A stretch of DNA of 64,000 nt from the NCBI GenBank assembly GCA_035528795.1, contig DATKXY010000098.1:4215-68214 (forward strand). The letters run 5' to 3'. The notes under the pieces are model-generated. The model was not told where the DNA came from. It saw nothing but the letters and a program-made list of their open reading frames with translations, and ran no database searches. The translations under genes were made by a program, and so were the position numbers. Of the stretch, positions 47,712 through 58,040 are shown one piece after another (position 1 is the first letter of the stretch; every line of letters starts with the position of its first letter). The DNA is from an archaeon (GTDB lineage Bacteria > Gemmatimonadota > Glassbacteria > GWA2-58-10).

Positions 47712-47852
47712 TGAACTACCCCGCGGCAAGTGAGCGAGGTATCATAAGGTTGGTAATGATTATTTTCACCCCCGCCCCCCTGGGCGACCGCCGGTCGCCC
47801 CTACGGTTGGCTTAAGGGGCCGTTTACACCACAGCAAGCTGCGGGGAATTCT
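47712..47852. repeat. REP/MITE-like element of about 140 bp with inverted arms and a central GC palindrome
   Basis: Arm GAACTACCCCGCGGCAAG (47713-47730) against the reverse complement of CAAGCTGCGGGGAATTC (47835-47851). Central hairpin GGGCGACCG-C-CGGTCGCCC (47782-47800). Confidence 0.55.
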
Positions 47853-47983
47853 TTTCGATTAAAAAGATGGTTTTTGCCTGGGATTGGCTGATTGGAAAAG
47901 AAGGATCTGCAGATTAAACGTGCCTCTGTTTTTTATCCCGGGTTAAAAACGTTTAAACTTCCCCACACGTAATCACTCGGGGC

Positions 47984-49123
47984 TTATTCAGCTTTTGGGG
48001 CAGGAAGACAGATCGTGAAAATTGTGCCTCCTGTTTCCGGGCACCTGCAGGAGATTTCCCCCCCTGCCCTGACGACTATACCATAAGCTATTGATAAACC
48101 CAGTCCTTTATGTCTTTCATGCTCCTTGGTTGTAAAAAAAGGGGTAAATATTTTTTCACGATCCTCTTCGGGAATTCCCGGCCCGTTATTGGCAAATTGC
48201 AGGAAAACAGAGTTTTCATCCCGGTAGCTGGTGATCTCTATGGTTTTATGGTCTACATTTTCCAGGGCTTCGCGCGCATTAGTCAACAGGATTATCAGTA
48301 ACTGAGAAATTTGCAGCATACTTCCTTTAAAAACCACGTTATCCCCGAGCGATTTTTTCACCTCGATCTTCGACCCCACAAGAACCATTTTTAAAGTCTC
48401 TTCGATACATTCGTTCAAATCGCAAAGTTGGGAATCCGGCATGCTGATCAGCCCGGCAAATATACCCATCTCGTGCAAGATATTAGACACATTCGTGCTC
48501 TCTTTTTCCATCATTTCCACTATTTGCGGCGTTTCGGATAATAACTCCCCGATCGTTTTTTCGGATTCCCCTGGAGCCTCATCTTTTTTAGTCAGGAGAT
48601 ATTTTTCAATTCTGGAGAGATTGTTTTTTAAGGGGACCAGATTCCGGATGATACAGTTGACAGGTTCGCTAACCTCCCTGACCAGACCATCCGTGAGCAG
48701 TCCGAGATCGGCAAGCCTGGACATCTGGAATAATTTGGAGCGCTGCTCTTCCAGTTTTCTTTCCAGTCTGATCTTCTCCCGCAGGTGATTCAGCACAGCC
48801 ATGATTTCGTAAAAGTTTATCGGTTTGTGTAAAAAATAATAAGCTCCGTTGTTTAAGGCCTCGATAGCGGTATCCATGTCAGCGTAGCCAGTAAACATGA
48901 TGAAGGGAATATCATATTTTTTCTTGCAGGCTTTGAGCAATTCCAGACCGTCCATAACCGGCATCTTGATATCTGTCATCACCACATCAGGCAAATCCTC
49001 TTCAATCAGCTTAAAAGCCTCTTCCCCATCAGCCGCCACTTTTACGGAACAGTTCTCTTCGATGAGAAATCTGCTTACCACATTAAGTACTGCATTATCG
49101 TCATCAACCAACAGAATTTTCAT
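47984..49123 (-). CDS. REC-domain plus histidine-kinase-like (DHp + HATPase_c) fusion with a degenerate H-box
   Basis: REC domain: MKILLVDDD...DVVMTDIKMPVMDG...KP. DHp region: SRLADLGLLTDGLVREVSEPVNCI, where canonical kinases have ..AHEI.NPL. HATPase_c: LLTNAREAL (N box), NNGPGIP (G1, with N in place of D), IFTPFFTTK, GLGLSIAYGIV. Confidence 0.75.
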   Translation of the reverse strand: MKILLVDDDNAVLNVVSRFLIEENCSVKVAADGEEAFKLIEEDLPDVVMTDIKMPVMDGLELLKACKKKYDIPFIMFTGYADMDTAIEALNNGAYYFLHKPINFYEIMAVLNHLREKIRLERKLEEQRSKLFQMSRLADLGLLTDGLVREVSEPVNCIIRNLVPLKNNLSRIEKYLLTKKDEAPGESEKTIGELLSETPQIVEMMEKESTNVSNILHEMGIFAGLISMPDSQLCDLNECIEETLKMVLVGSKIEVKKSLGDNVVFKGSMLQISQLLIILLTNAREALENVDHKTIEITSYRDENSVFLQFANNGPGIPEEDREKIFTPFFTTKEHERHKGLGLSIAYGIVVRAGGEISCRCPETGGTIFTICLPAPKAE

Positions 49124-49936
49124 TTGACACCCTTATTCTTCTCCGGTCCGGTCAGCCGGTCCAAATTATAACGCCGTCATCTAGAGGAGGAGAATGAATC
49201 CCCCGTTTAGTGCTCTGACAAGTCGGAAATGCATAGTAACTTGCACACATAAAATGACTGAAAATGTCGAAGCTGTTAACAACAGGCTCTAGACTGCAGT
49301 CTGAAGGGGTGCAAAATCAAACTTACAGAGAATAGTTTACAATCTATAACCTGGACAAAGGTTGAAACCTTGGGGTTGCAACCCACTAGTCTATAGCCTG
49401 CAGTCTTTTTCTTTATAGCCTATAAACATGTGTAGAGTGGATAAAAAAGACTCAACCATGTAAATCAAATCTGTCACTGCACTTGATGGTTTTGTATAAT
49501 TGTAAATTCAAATTGTTCAAAAAGCTACAATAAAAATCAGGCCGAATCAATAGGTGAAAATACCAGTTGACCTGGATAAAAAAGCAGGAAACGCCATTCT
49601 GTTTATTTTTTATCCGAGCAAAGTGCGAGGCCTACTGATGCCTCATCACTGCCATAATCTCGCAACGCCCGGCTCTGTGACAGCATGCCAATAATTAGTA
49701 CAGGGCAAAAGTAATATAACTATCAAGCGGCAAATTAAAAATAGCTAACAGGGGTAGTTTTTGTTAGACGCAATAAATATTTATCGCAGCTTGAAAAAAT
49801 GCAAAAAATTCTTTATACTCGATAGCCGAATATAAAACCTTTGTTTTTTTCCGGTCTTACCAGACAAGATCAAGTTACATTTAAAGACCAACGCTTTCAA
49901 TCAGAATTTTTCTTCTTCACACTTCCGGAGGGATAA

Positions 49937-51067
49937 ATGAAATCCTTTCTTCTTTACCTGGGTATTATTGTCCTGGTGCTCTGGAACATCTCTATGGAGA
50001 CGCGGCTTGCCCGCAAGGCCGATCGGCCTTTCCAGCCGCCCCTGGACCTGCACGTGGCTGCTCGCGATACGGCCGACAGCGGGTTCAGCCGCGAATACGG
50101 TTTCTACATGCGGCCCTACTGCAATTTCTGGTCTGATGCCCATACCCACACTCACTTCGCCGACCTGTCCCAGGATGAGCGCGATAAAGAGCTTGTGATG
50201 CTCCACAATGCCATGTACGAGCTAGAGATAGTCAACTGCGCAGTGTTCTGCAAGACAGAGGCGGACCTGGCTTTTGTGGACTCCGTGGGTAAAGATGCGC
50301 CTGTGTGGTATGCGGAATTCAACGACCCGGATATCGAGAAGCTGCGTTACTACCACGAACGCTACCATATCCGAGCCGTGAAATTGCACAACACTCCGGT
50401 GTTTTACGGCGAGTTCAGGGGCGAAGAGGTCGAATTTCCCCTGGGCAGCGGCAAGATGAAGCCGGTCACTATCGAGATGATGGTCTCGCCGGAATGGATG
50501 AGCTTTTTCGGAGTCTGTGAAGAGCTGGGCCTGCCCGTGACCTGGCACACCAACAACCGCTACGGCCCCTCGCCTTACAATTTCGGGGGGGACAACAGCA
50601 AGTGCTGGGAGGCCCTGCCGTATGACAACTTTTATGTCCTCAGTTTGATCGAGCGCATTCTCGACACCTGTCCGAAACTGAGCCTGATTCTCTGCCACCA
50701 GGGCTTTATGGGTTACACAAGACTGGCCGAGCTATTCAAGAAGCATCCCAATCTTTATATCGATACCAGCGCAGGCTTTATGCTTCACGATGGAGACTAC
50801 CTCACAGACAGCGAGCGTGCGCGCATCCGCCCGTTTTTCATCACCTGGGCGGACCGCATTCTTTTCGGCACGGATGCCAACGCCTGGTGGGAGACTCCCA
50901 AGACCATAAGTGAACATGAAATCCGCCGGCATATCTACAACCATGTGCACCCATTCAAGCGTTTCATCCAGCAGCTTTACCTTCCCCAGGAAGTCTTGAG
51001 CAAGGTGGCCCATCAAAACTTCGAACGGCTGTTCAACATGCCGCCGGCCGGAGACTGGTTCTATTAA
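49937..51067 (+). CDS. Amidohydrolase_2-type (TIM-barrel metal-dependent hydrolase) protein with an N-terminal anchor
   Basis: HTHTHF (HxH metal motif), VKLHN, WHTN, CHQGF, IDTSAG and LFGTD occur in the order expected for PF04909-like amidohydrolases. Confidence 0.6.
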   Translation: MKSFLLYLGIIVLVLWNISMETRLARKADRPFQPPLDLHVAARDTADSGFSREYGFYMRPYCNFWSDAHTHTHFADLSQDERDKELVMLHNAMYELEIVNCAVFCKTEADLAFVDSVGKDAPVWYAEFNDPDIEKLRYYHERYHIRAVKLHNTPVFYGEFRGEEVEFPLGSGKMKPVTIEMMVSPEWMSFFGVCEELGLPVTWHTNNRYGPSPYNFGGDNSKCWEALPYDNFYVLSLIERILDTCPKLSLILCHQGFMGYTRLAELFKKHPNLYIDTSAGFMLHDGDYLTDSERARIRPFFITWADRILFGTDANAWWETPKTISEHEIRRHIYNHVHPFKRFIQQLYLPQEVLSKVAHQNFERLFNMPPAGDWFY

Positions 51068-51073
51068 AATTTT

Positions 51074-52378
51074 TTGTTGCCTGAATCTCTCACGACAAAA
51101 ACAGGATTCTTATCAATGGTCCAGAAAATACTCGATGCCCTCGAATCCGGGATTCTCTCAGCGGAAGAAAGCCTGAAAGCAGGTATGGCCTTAGCGCCCG
51201 GGACAATCGAAACTCTTGTCAGCGAGTTCGAGGAAGCTCTGGCTTACGGTGCGATGCCTCCCCGCAAGCGGGCGCTGAAGCTTGCTGAAAGGGCTGTTTA
51301 TTTACTGAAATCGCAGCAGGAGAAAGTCAGCGGGAAAATGTCCGACCTCCGGGCCCTAGCCCGCTGGAAGAGCCGCCTTTTCCAGGCGATGCTGCACCGG
51401 GAGGAAGCTTTGGAACAGGCGAAACATTTCGAGGCTTTGACTCTAAAAGACAGCCCGCCACTCGAGCTGGCCGAGGCGCTGATCTTTCTGGCCAAGGCCT
51501 GCTACTGGAGCGACAACCAGCGGGGAACGGTACTTTTCCAGCGCCGAGCGCTCGATCTTGTGGACCGGGAGCGCAAGCAGGGGGGACTGACCCATGAGGA
51601 TGAGATCCGCTTCAACAAGGAATACACGGTCTGGGCGTTCCGCTACGCCCAGAACACCTGCCGCTGGAGTGAGGCGTATAAGACTTTCGAGCAGGCCTAC
51701 CGGCTGGCGCATCGCTCAGGCGATCCGGGTTTGCTGAGCTCCACCCTGGTCTTATATGCAGAGGCCAGGATGTTCCAGGGGGACTGGGAGGGGTGTGAAA
51801 AACTGGCCGGTGAGTGCGTCCAGGCTGCACTCAAGGAGCCTGGAGGCCCGGGGAGCGACTATCCATTCTGGATCTGGGGCCGGGCGCTTGTGCATATTGG
51901 AAAAGCGGAACAGGCCGTGCCGGAGCTTCAAAAATCGATCAGTCTGGCCCGGAACATCGGGGATGCAGTCGGCCTTTCCGAGGCCCTGGTGAGCCTGGCT
52001 GAAGCCCACCTGGCGCTGGGCGAGAGTGATCAGGCCCAGTCCTGCGCATCCCAGAGCGAGGAGGTGGCCCGCTACGCCAGACTGGGCATAAACCTGGCCC
52101 AGATCAGGATCTGGCGCTCGTGGATCGAGATGGAGCTCGATTCGCGCTCGGCAGTCCGTCAACTGAGTCCCCTGCACCAGAGCCTGGCCGATTTCGAGCG
52201 CCTGGGCTGCCGCAGCGGATGGGCCTGCACGCTGGGGGCGCTCGGTCACGCCCTTGCTCTGGCCTCAGCCCCTATGAAAGCCAAGTTTTACCTCGAGCGC
52301 GCCTTTCAGGCTTTCAGGGAATGGGACATGCCCTGGCATGCTGCCCGCGCCGAGAAATCGCTTTCCCTGATAAGTTGA
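51074..52378 (+). CDS. TPR-repeat protein (hypothetical)
   Basis: All-helical, with repeated A..Y..A..L....GD-type units (WSEAYKTFEQAYRLAHRSGD, GKAEQAVPELQKSISLARNIGD, ESDQAQSCASQSEEVARY). An alternative ATG lies at 51116. Confidence 0.55.
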   Translation: MLPESLTTKTGFLSMVQKILDALESGILSAEESLKAGMALAPGTIETLVSEFEEALAYGAMPPRKRALKLAERAVYLLKSQQEKVSGKMSDLRALARWKSRLFQAMLHREEALEQAKHFEALTLKDSPPLELAEALIFLAKACYWSDNQRGTVLFQRRALDLVDRERKQGGLTHEDEIRFNKEYTVWAFRYAQNTCRWSEAYKTFEQAYRLAHRSGDPGLLSSTLVLYAEARMFQGDWEGCEKLAGECVQAALKEPGGPGSDYPFWIWGRALVHIGKAEQAVPELQKSISLARNIGDAVGLSEALVSLAEAHLALGESDQAQSCASQSEEVARYARLGINLAQIRIWRSWIEMELDSRSAVRQLSPLHQSLADFERLGCRSGWACTLGALGHALALASAPMKAKFYLERAFQAFREWDMPWHAARAEKSLSLIS

Positions 52379-52459
52379 GGAATGTCATAATACAAACTTA
52401 TTAGGCGCTTAAGCAGCGCATCGAAGAGACATTTTCGCCTAATCGATTGCATTTGGAAC

Positions 52460-52487
52460 GCCGGGGCGGTTCGCGAACCGCCCCGGC
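52460..52487. repeat. Perfect 28-bp GC-rich palindrome (REP-like, or a bidirectional hairpin)
   Basis: GCCGGGGCGGTTCG|CGAACCGCCCCGGC. No flanking T-run. Confidence 0.7.
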
Positions 52488-52554
52488 AACTAGTTGATAT
52501 ACTATGAGTTAACAATATATTGCAGGAGTCTTGCTATTTCTCTGCAATGGAAAT

Positions 52555-53079
52555 TACTACAGGGAGCAATAAATAGTTTCTATTTATATTGTTTTTATAT
52601 GCTTTAGCCTTGGTTATTAATATAAGTTGAGTAAATAGGAATGATTTACCGGATGTCGATTCTTACATTTAAGGCGCCGGCGACTGATTTATATAACAAC
52701 GATTAAAATACCCTTAGAGAAAAGCTTCTACAACTGCCGAAAAGAGGTTTGAGTGCAGCTACCTGGGATGATAAAGCTATCCCAGGTGAAAATAGAGGCA
52801 ATAAGAAGCCCTTAAGTCCGAGGACCCTGTTTCTGGAGCGTGTAGAAGACAAGTAATTTCCATCATTGCCATACTAGATGTACAACGCCCAGGCAGGCCT
52901 TTGCGCAGGCTTCCTGCGCACCAGGCGAGCTTGGCGAAGCGGAGTAAAGGACTTAAATGCCAGGATTAACTTTTGTTTCTTTTTGTTTAAAAAGAAATGG
53001 TTTTGCTTCTTTTGCCACCAAAAGAAGAAAGAAATTTCCTTTACGGACAGATGTAAATAATTTTATGACCTGAGTAGTA
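52555..53079 (-). repeat. Copy B (inverted orientation) of the 525-bp non-coding repeat family
   Basis: The reverse complement aligns end to end with copies A and C. Ends are TA|CTACAGGGAGCAATAAATAG ... TTTTATGACCTGAGTAG|TA. Lies between the convergent 3' ends of 51074..52378 and 53115..57261. Confidence 0.9.
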
Positions 53080-53114
53080 TTAATAACAAACACGCTTTCA
53101 AATCACCAAATCAC

Positions 53115-56100
53115 CTAATTTATCCGGATCATTGCGCGGGCTCTCTCCCCGCTCATTACCTCCGTAATCTCCACCACCCAGTCCCCTTTGGGATCGTTCA
53201 AAGCTGTCCGGAAAGAAGTGCTGCCGGAACTGTCGGTAATGTCCCGGTTCCCGCTGTAATAGCGCAAAATGCGGCCTGTCGGGTCAGTGACCACCACCTT
53301 GGCCACAGAGCGCAGGCTTCCCGCTCCTGCGGCGCTGAAATTGATTTTCACCTCCTCTCCGAGACCCGCTCCAGAGGGGGCCTTGAGCGCCAGTCCGCTG
53401 ATTCGGCTTCCCACCATGGCGAAAAGCCTGGGCACGCCTGGCTCGATCTCAGTTTCAAAGGCATCGCCGGCGCCCAGGTATCTCTTCCCGCGGACATCGT
53501 AAACAGCCGCATTCCGGCCCAGGTGCACGCACACCTTTTTCGCTCCCTCCATTTCCATTTCCGGCACCAGGCCCAGAAGCATCGTGGTGCCGTTATTGAA
53601 CAGGTAGCGCTCGCAGTCAGTAACCGGCTCGCCGCCCAGAGTGGTCAGCCGGACTTTTGGCCTGATACCGGCCGCCTCGAGCACTTTTGACATTTTCTCG
53701 AGCCCCGGAGCGCTCCTTCCCTCGCGCTTGTCCTCAGGATAGCGGTCGAGAAAGTAATTCAAAAAGTACGCCTGCCCTTTGCCGAAGCTGTTTTGTAACA
53801 GGACCGGACGGCCCTCTTCCGTAGCCAGCGCCCTGGCGCCTTTCAATAATAATTCCGGCTCGCGCATGGCGATAATATCCTGGCGGCTTGCGGCCCGGAC
53901 CTTGATCCCGAACACCTCCTCGAGCACCCGGGTTTTGCGGAAAGTGCAGTGCTCATCCATTACTCCGGGCAAGGCATCGGCAATCAATGTCCCGCCCCCT
54001 TGCACGAAAGCGCGGATCGCCTGCACCTCCTCATTGCTCAGGGCCACGCTCATCGGCAGGATAAAAACCCTGTAGCCCCTGCTGACCAGCTCTCCTTTTT
54101 CCAGTGCGCTGTAGGCCAGAAAATCGAACTGCAGGCCCGAGTCCTTGAGAATTTTCACCCAGCCGTCCCGGTCGTCCCCAAAACGGTTGAAAGTCTTGCT
54201 CGTGTTGTAGTTAACCTGCGCTGATATTTCACCATCCACGATCCACGAGCCGTGGATACTCGGGTAGGAATAGTGGATCGCAATCCCGTGGTTGTCAGGA
54301 GTGGCGAGCCCCACCAGCTTGCCGATCCCCTCGCCGCGCAGCTCCTGGAAACCGGGCACCATATCGCGGCCGCTGCCGCAGAGAGTAAGGTCCGGATCGA
54401 GGCACGAATACTGCCAGAATATGTAAGCTCCGCCGTTGCAGCCCTGGAACAGGTGACCGTAAAGGTCGTAGAACACCGACTTGCCAGACACGCCATAGCC
54501 CGAGCCCCCTGAAATCTTTATCTCAGGGTTGAAGCAGCGGTGAAAATCGAGCTGGTTCCCGTCAGTGTAAGCATTGAGGTGTTTCGTGTACTGGTTCATG
54601 CGGCTGTAGTCGCAGCCATTGTGCGAGCCGGAAATCTGGGTCCCGGAGTTGAGCAGTATTCCCTGGGGATCGAGCTTGTGCAGCTCATCCAGCACGAAAC
54701 CGTAGCATTCGGCGTAGCTTTTTTCCATAAAAGTGCGGTGGTCGGCCCAGGATGCGTAGTTTCCGCGGTCCTGCGCCTCATAAGTATCATCCGGGACCAC
54801 CAAGTCCCAGGAAGTGAAGCTGGTTCCCCACTGGGCGTTCAGAGCCTCCAGGCCGCCGTATTCCTCTTTCAGCCACTCGCGCATGGCCTCCAAGGTGTGG
54901 CCGGAGAAACAGATATCCACCGCGTCCTCGTAACAGGTCAATGACGGTTCCTCATAGACGTAATAGGAGAACGGTGAAAACGGGACCCAAGGGGTGACAA
55001 GCTCTTTAAGCTCGCGCTTGATCCGCTCCCGGTATTCAGGATCGTGAAGGCAGTACTCACGCACGAGAACCTTTTTATCGCGGGTTTCAGCGTATTTTTT
55101 CTTCATGCTGTTGTAGTAATTGCGCCGCGCTCCATCCGGGGACTCCTGGCCGCTGATACGGGTCTGGGCCTGCACGTAATAATTTGCGTGCTTGCAGAGA
55201 CTCAAGGGGTAGGAGGAAAGCGTGGTGACATTCAGCTTCTGGAGCTGACTGTCAATCACAGGCCAGATACCCGGGATAGGGTTCGGGCCGAAAAGGTACA
55301 TCACCACATCGAAATCATCCCAGACCACGGGCTGAAGGACAAAAACCTCGGCAATCTGCCGGTCCTGGCGCTTGCCGCTTTCAGCTACCGCGCAGTCTAT
55401 TCTGGCGAGCTTGGTCAGCACGCCGCCTGTAGTCAGGCTGAATGGAACCACGGTTTCGCTGTCAACCGTGACCGGGAGAGTCTTCCGGTCGATAAGCCGC
55501 TGGTAGTTGTCGTACAGGCTGAGCGTCACATCGCAGCGGCTCCTTTTTGCTGACTCAAGACGCAATTTTCCAGAGACCGGCTCGCCTGCCTTTACCCTGT
55601 CCATTTCAGGCTCGATCGCTAGAATGCTGACCTGCCTTTTTTTATCCACCACTACAGTGGCCCAGTCCAGGCAGTCTGCCCCGGACTTGAGCTGGAGATC
55701 GACAAAGTGGCGCCCGGCTCCCAGAGACAGGGGGAGCTGCAGATCCACGGTGGCATGCCATTTTTTCAGGGGAAGCCGCATCCAGCTTTCCTCCTCCCCG
55801 AAATCGCTGCTGATCCTGGCGAAAATGCTGTCCGAGGATGAGATACCGGAGAGGCTGGCCTTGATTCTATTGCCTGAGAGCTCACACCTCTCGATTGACG
55901 GACCGGGCTCCCGCCCGGCGGCCCAGACAACAGCGCGGGCCACCAGAGACCACATGTACTCATGGTAAGGGTAATTAAGCCCTGTCTCCCAGATATTGGC
56001 CACCTCCGGGATCATTCCGGCTTCCGGATAGCCGAAAGCTACCACCCTGCCCTGGCCCAGCTTTTTTACAGCCAGTACCGGGGCGCCGCTTCCGGTTTTC

Positions 56101-57261
56101 AGCAGCACCTCACCCGAGGCTTCACAGCGGGCCGCCCCGATCTGTCCCCAGGGAAAAGCCGCCAAAGGGACTCCCCGGGTGATATAGTGGTCTCCTGTTG
56201 CCTGCCACTGAGTATTGTTCCCCTCTTCATAGCTGGTCCCGACCCTGGTTTGAGACATTCTCTGGCCGATCTCTCTCAGATTGACCAGAGGGGAAATCTC
56301 CCACAGACCGGCTCCTTCCGGCTCCCTGCTGCGCGGATAAAAAAGCACCAAACCGGCCCCCTCTTTCACCCGCTTGACCAGATTCTCGCGCACCTCGGCC
56401 GGGAAGCTGTCCCAGGGTTGCACCGAGGGCCAGAGGATGACATCATACTTCGGACCATAAAGCAGATCATCGGCAAGATATGTGCAGGCCAGGCTGAAGC
56501 CGTCTCCTCCTCCCCGGCGCTGCTGGTAAAAATCCCCGAAACCGTACATGTTTGTGCCTGCCCGTCTGCCCAGCGTAGTGGCCTTGAAATTGAGCTCCAG
56601 GCGCTGGGCAAGCTCGATAACTCCCCTGCCATCCACCACAGGGGCCAGCATAAAGACCTTGATCGGACCGCCGCGAAAAGGCCGGGCCCACTCTGTGTGC
56701 GGAGTCTCCACTTTCATCGTGTAATCAACATCCCAGCGGCCGCGTTCCTCGAGGATCGGGTGAAAACGGTCCAGGGCGAAATAGTCCATGTAAAACCTGC
56801 CGGCCTGCGGAGAATAAATCTCGATCCATTTCATGCGGCCCAGATCAAGGCCTGTTGCCTGCTCGAGCTTTAGCTGAATGTGATTTGCACCCTTCTTTAC
56901 GGGAAAAGTTTTCGAAAAAGTGTCCGCGCTGTCAGCCAGAACCAGGCCCAGGGACGTTAGCTGCTCGCTCCAGACAAACGCCAGCAGGCTCCCGCGCCTG
57001 CGGCCAGTCAGCGGGAATATCAGTAAGCATGACCCATCCCCCGCCCTCAGGGCAGAGAACCTCGAGCGAATTGCTGCCCCAGAGCGGGAAACGGGTGGAC
57101 TGGCGGATCTCGACACCCTCGGATGTCTTGACCGCGGCAACCTGGGACTCATCCTCGAAACTGGCGAAAACACGAATCCGGTCCTGGGCCCGGACTGAAA
57201 TGACACTTAGAAAAAGAAAGACCGGAACAAAGGTCAGAATATACTTTCGCCGGACATTCAT
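53115..57261 (-). CDS. Very large secreted glycoside-hydrolase-like protein (GH42 / beta-galactosidase-trimerisation-domain-like region), interrupted by an apparent 1-nt frameshift near 56985-57010
   Basis: The main frame is 53115..57206. The ATG at 57261 (GGAGGGG upstream) with signal peptide MNVRRKYILTFVPVFLFLSVISVRAQD lies in a different frame (ORF 56932..57306). The segment FDFLAYSALEKGELVSRGYRVFILPMSVALSNEEVQAIRAFVQGGGTLIAD resembles the GH42 middle domain. Confidence 0.5.
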
Positions 57262-57504
57262 TTCAGCCCCTCCTGCAGGAAATGGTGAAGAGTGAAAAAC
57301 AGGCATTAGTTGAGAAATTATATAATCTGGATTATTTACAAAATTTGGTAGAAAGGATTAGGCTTTCGGTTTTTTAAAGCATTTGCTCCAGACCGGATAA
57401 GAACTGTAAGGCCATAGCATCCTATGCCCGTACAAGACAGGATTCAGTCATTCATGACGTTACGTGTCGCCCTGAAATAAATGAAAATAATCCCTTTTAG
57501 GTTT

Positions 57505-58040
57505 TACAACTCAGGTCATAAAATTGTTCACATCTATCCGTAAAGGAAATTCTTTTTCTTCTTTTGGTGGCAAAAGAAGCAAAACCATTTCTTTTTAAAC
57601 AAAAAGAAACAAAAGTTAATCCTGGCAATTATGTCTTTTACTCCGCTTCGCCAAGCTCGCCTACGCGCAGGAAGCCTGCGCAAAGGCCTGCCGGGGCATT
57701 GTACATCTAGTATGGCAATAATGGAAATTACTTGTCTTCTACACGCTCCAGAAACAGGGTCCCCGGACTTCAGGGATTTTTATAGCCTCTAGTTTCACCC
57801 GGGATGGCTTTATCATCCCAGGTAGTTGTACTAAAACCTCTTTTCGGCAGTTGTAAAAGCTTTTATCTCTGGGGATTTCAGTCGTTGTTATGTAAAGTAA
57901 GCCGCCGGCGCGTTAAATGTAAAAATTGACACTTGGTAAATCGTTCCTGCTTACTTGCCTTTCATGAATAACCAAGGCTGAAGCATATAAGAAATAATAC
58001 AAATTAAAACCATTTAATGCTCCATGTATTAAGACAGCTC
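57505..58040 (+). repeat. Copy C of the 525-bp non-coding repeat family
   Basis: Starts TA|CAACTCAGGTCATAAAATTG and ends ...AATGCTCCATGTATTAAGACAGCTC. The right end overlaps the last codons and stop (58029-58031) of the gene at 58029..58991. Confidence 0.9.

Noticed and set aside
49127-49936. AT-rich non-coding spacer of about 800 bp with small palindromes (AAGGTTGAAACCTT, GGGTTGCAACCC, GGATAAAAAA...TTTTTTATCC) and repeated CTGCAGTCT words. I considered it as an ncRNA or a CRISPR-like locus.
   Set aside because: It has no regularly spaced direct repeats, no match to any ncRNA I can recognise, and no terminator. It is noted only as an unusually long spacer worth an Rfam or RNA-seq check.
52878-53060. 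60-aa ORF inside repeat copy B
   Set aside because: The equivalent frame in copy A is shifted by a 2-nt length difference and ends after 29 codons. The sequence is low-complexity (FFLFKKKWFCFFCHQKKK), generated by the internal hairpins.
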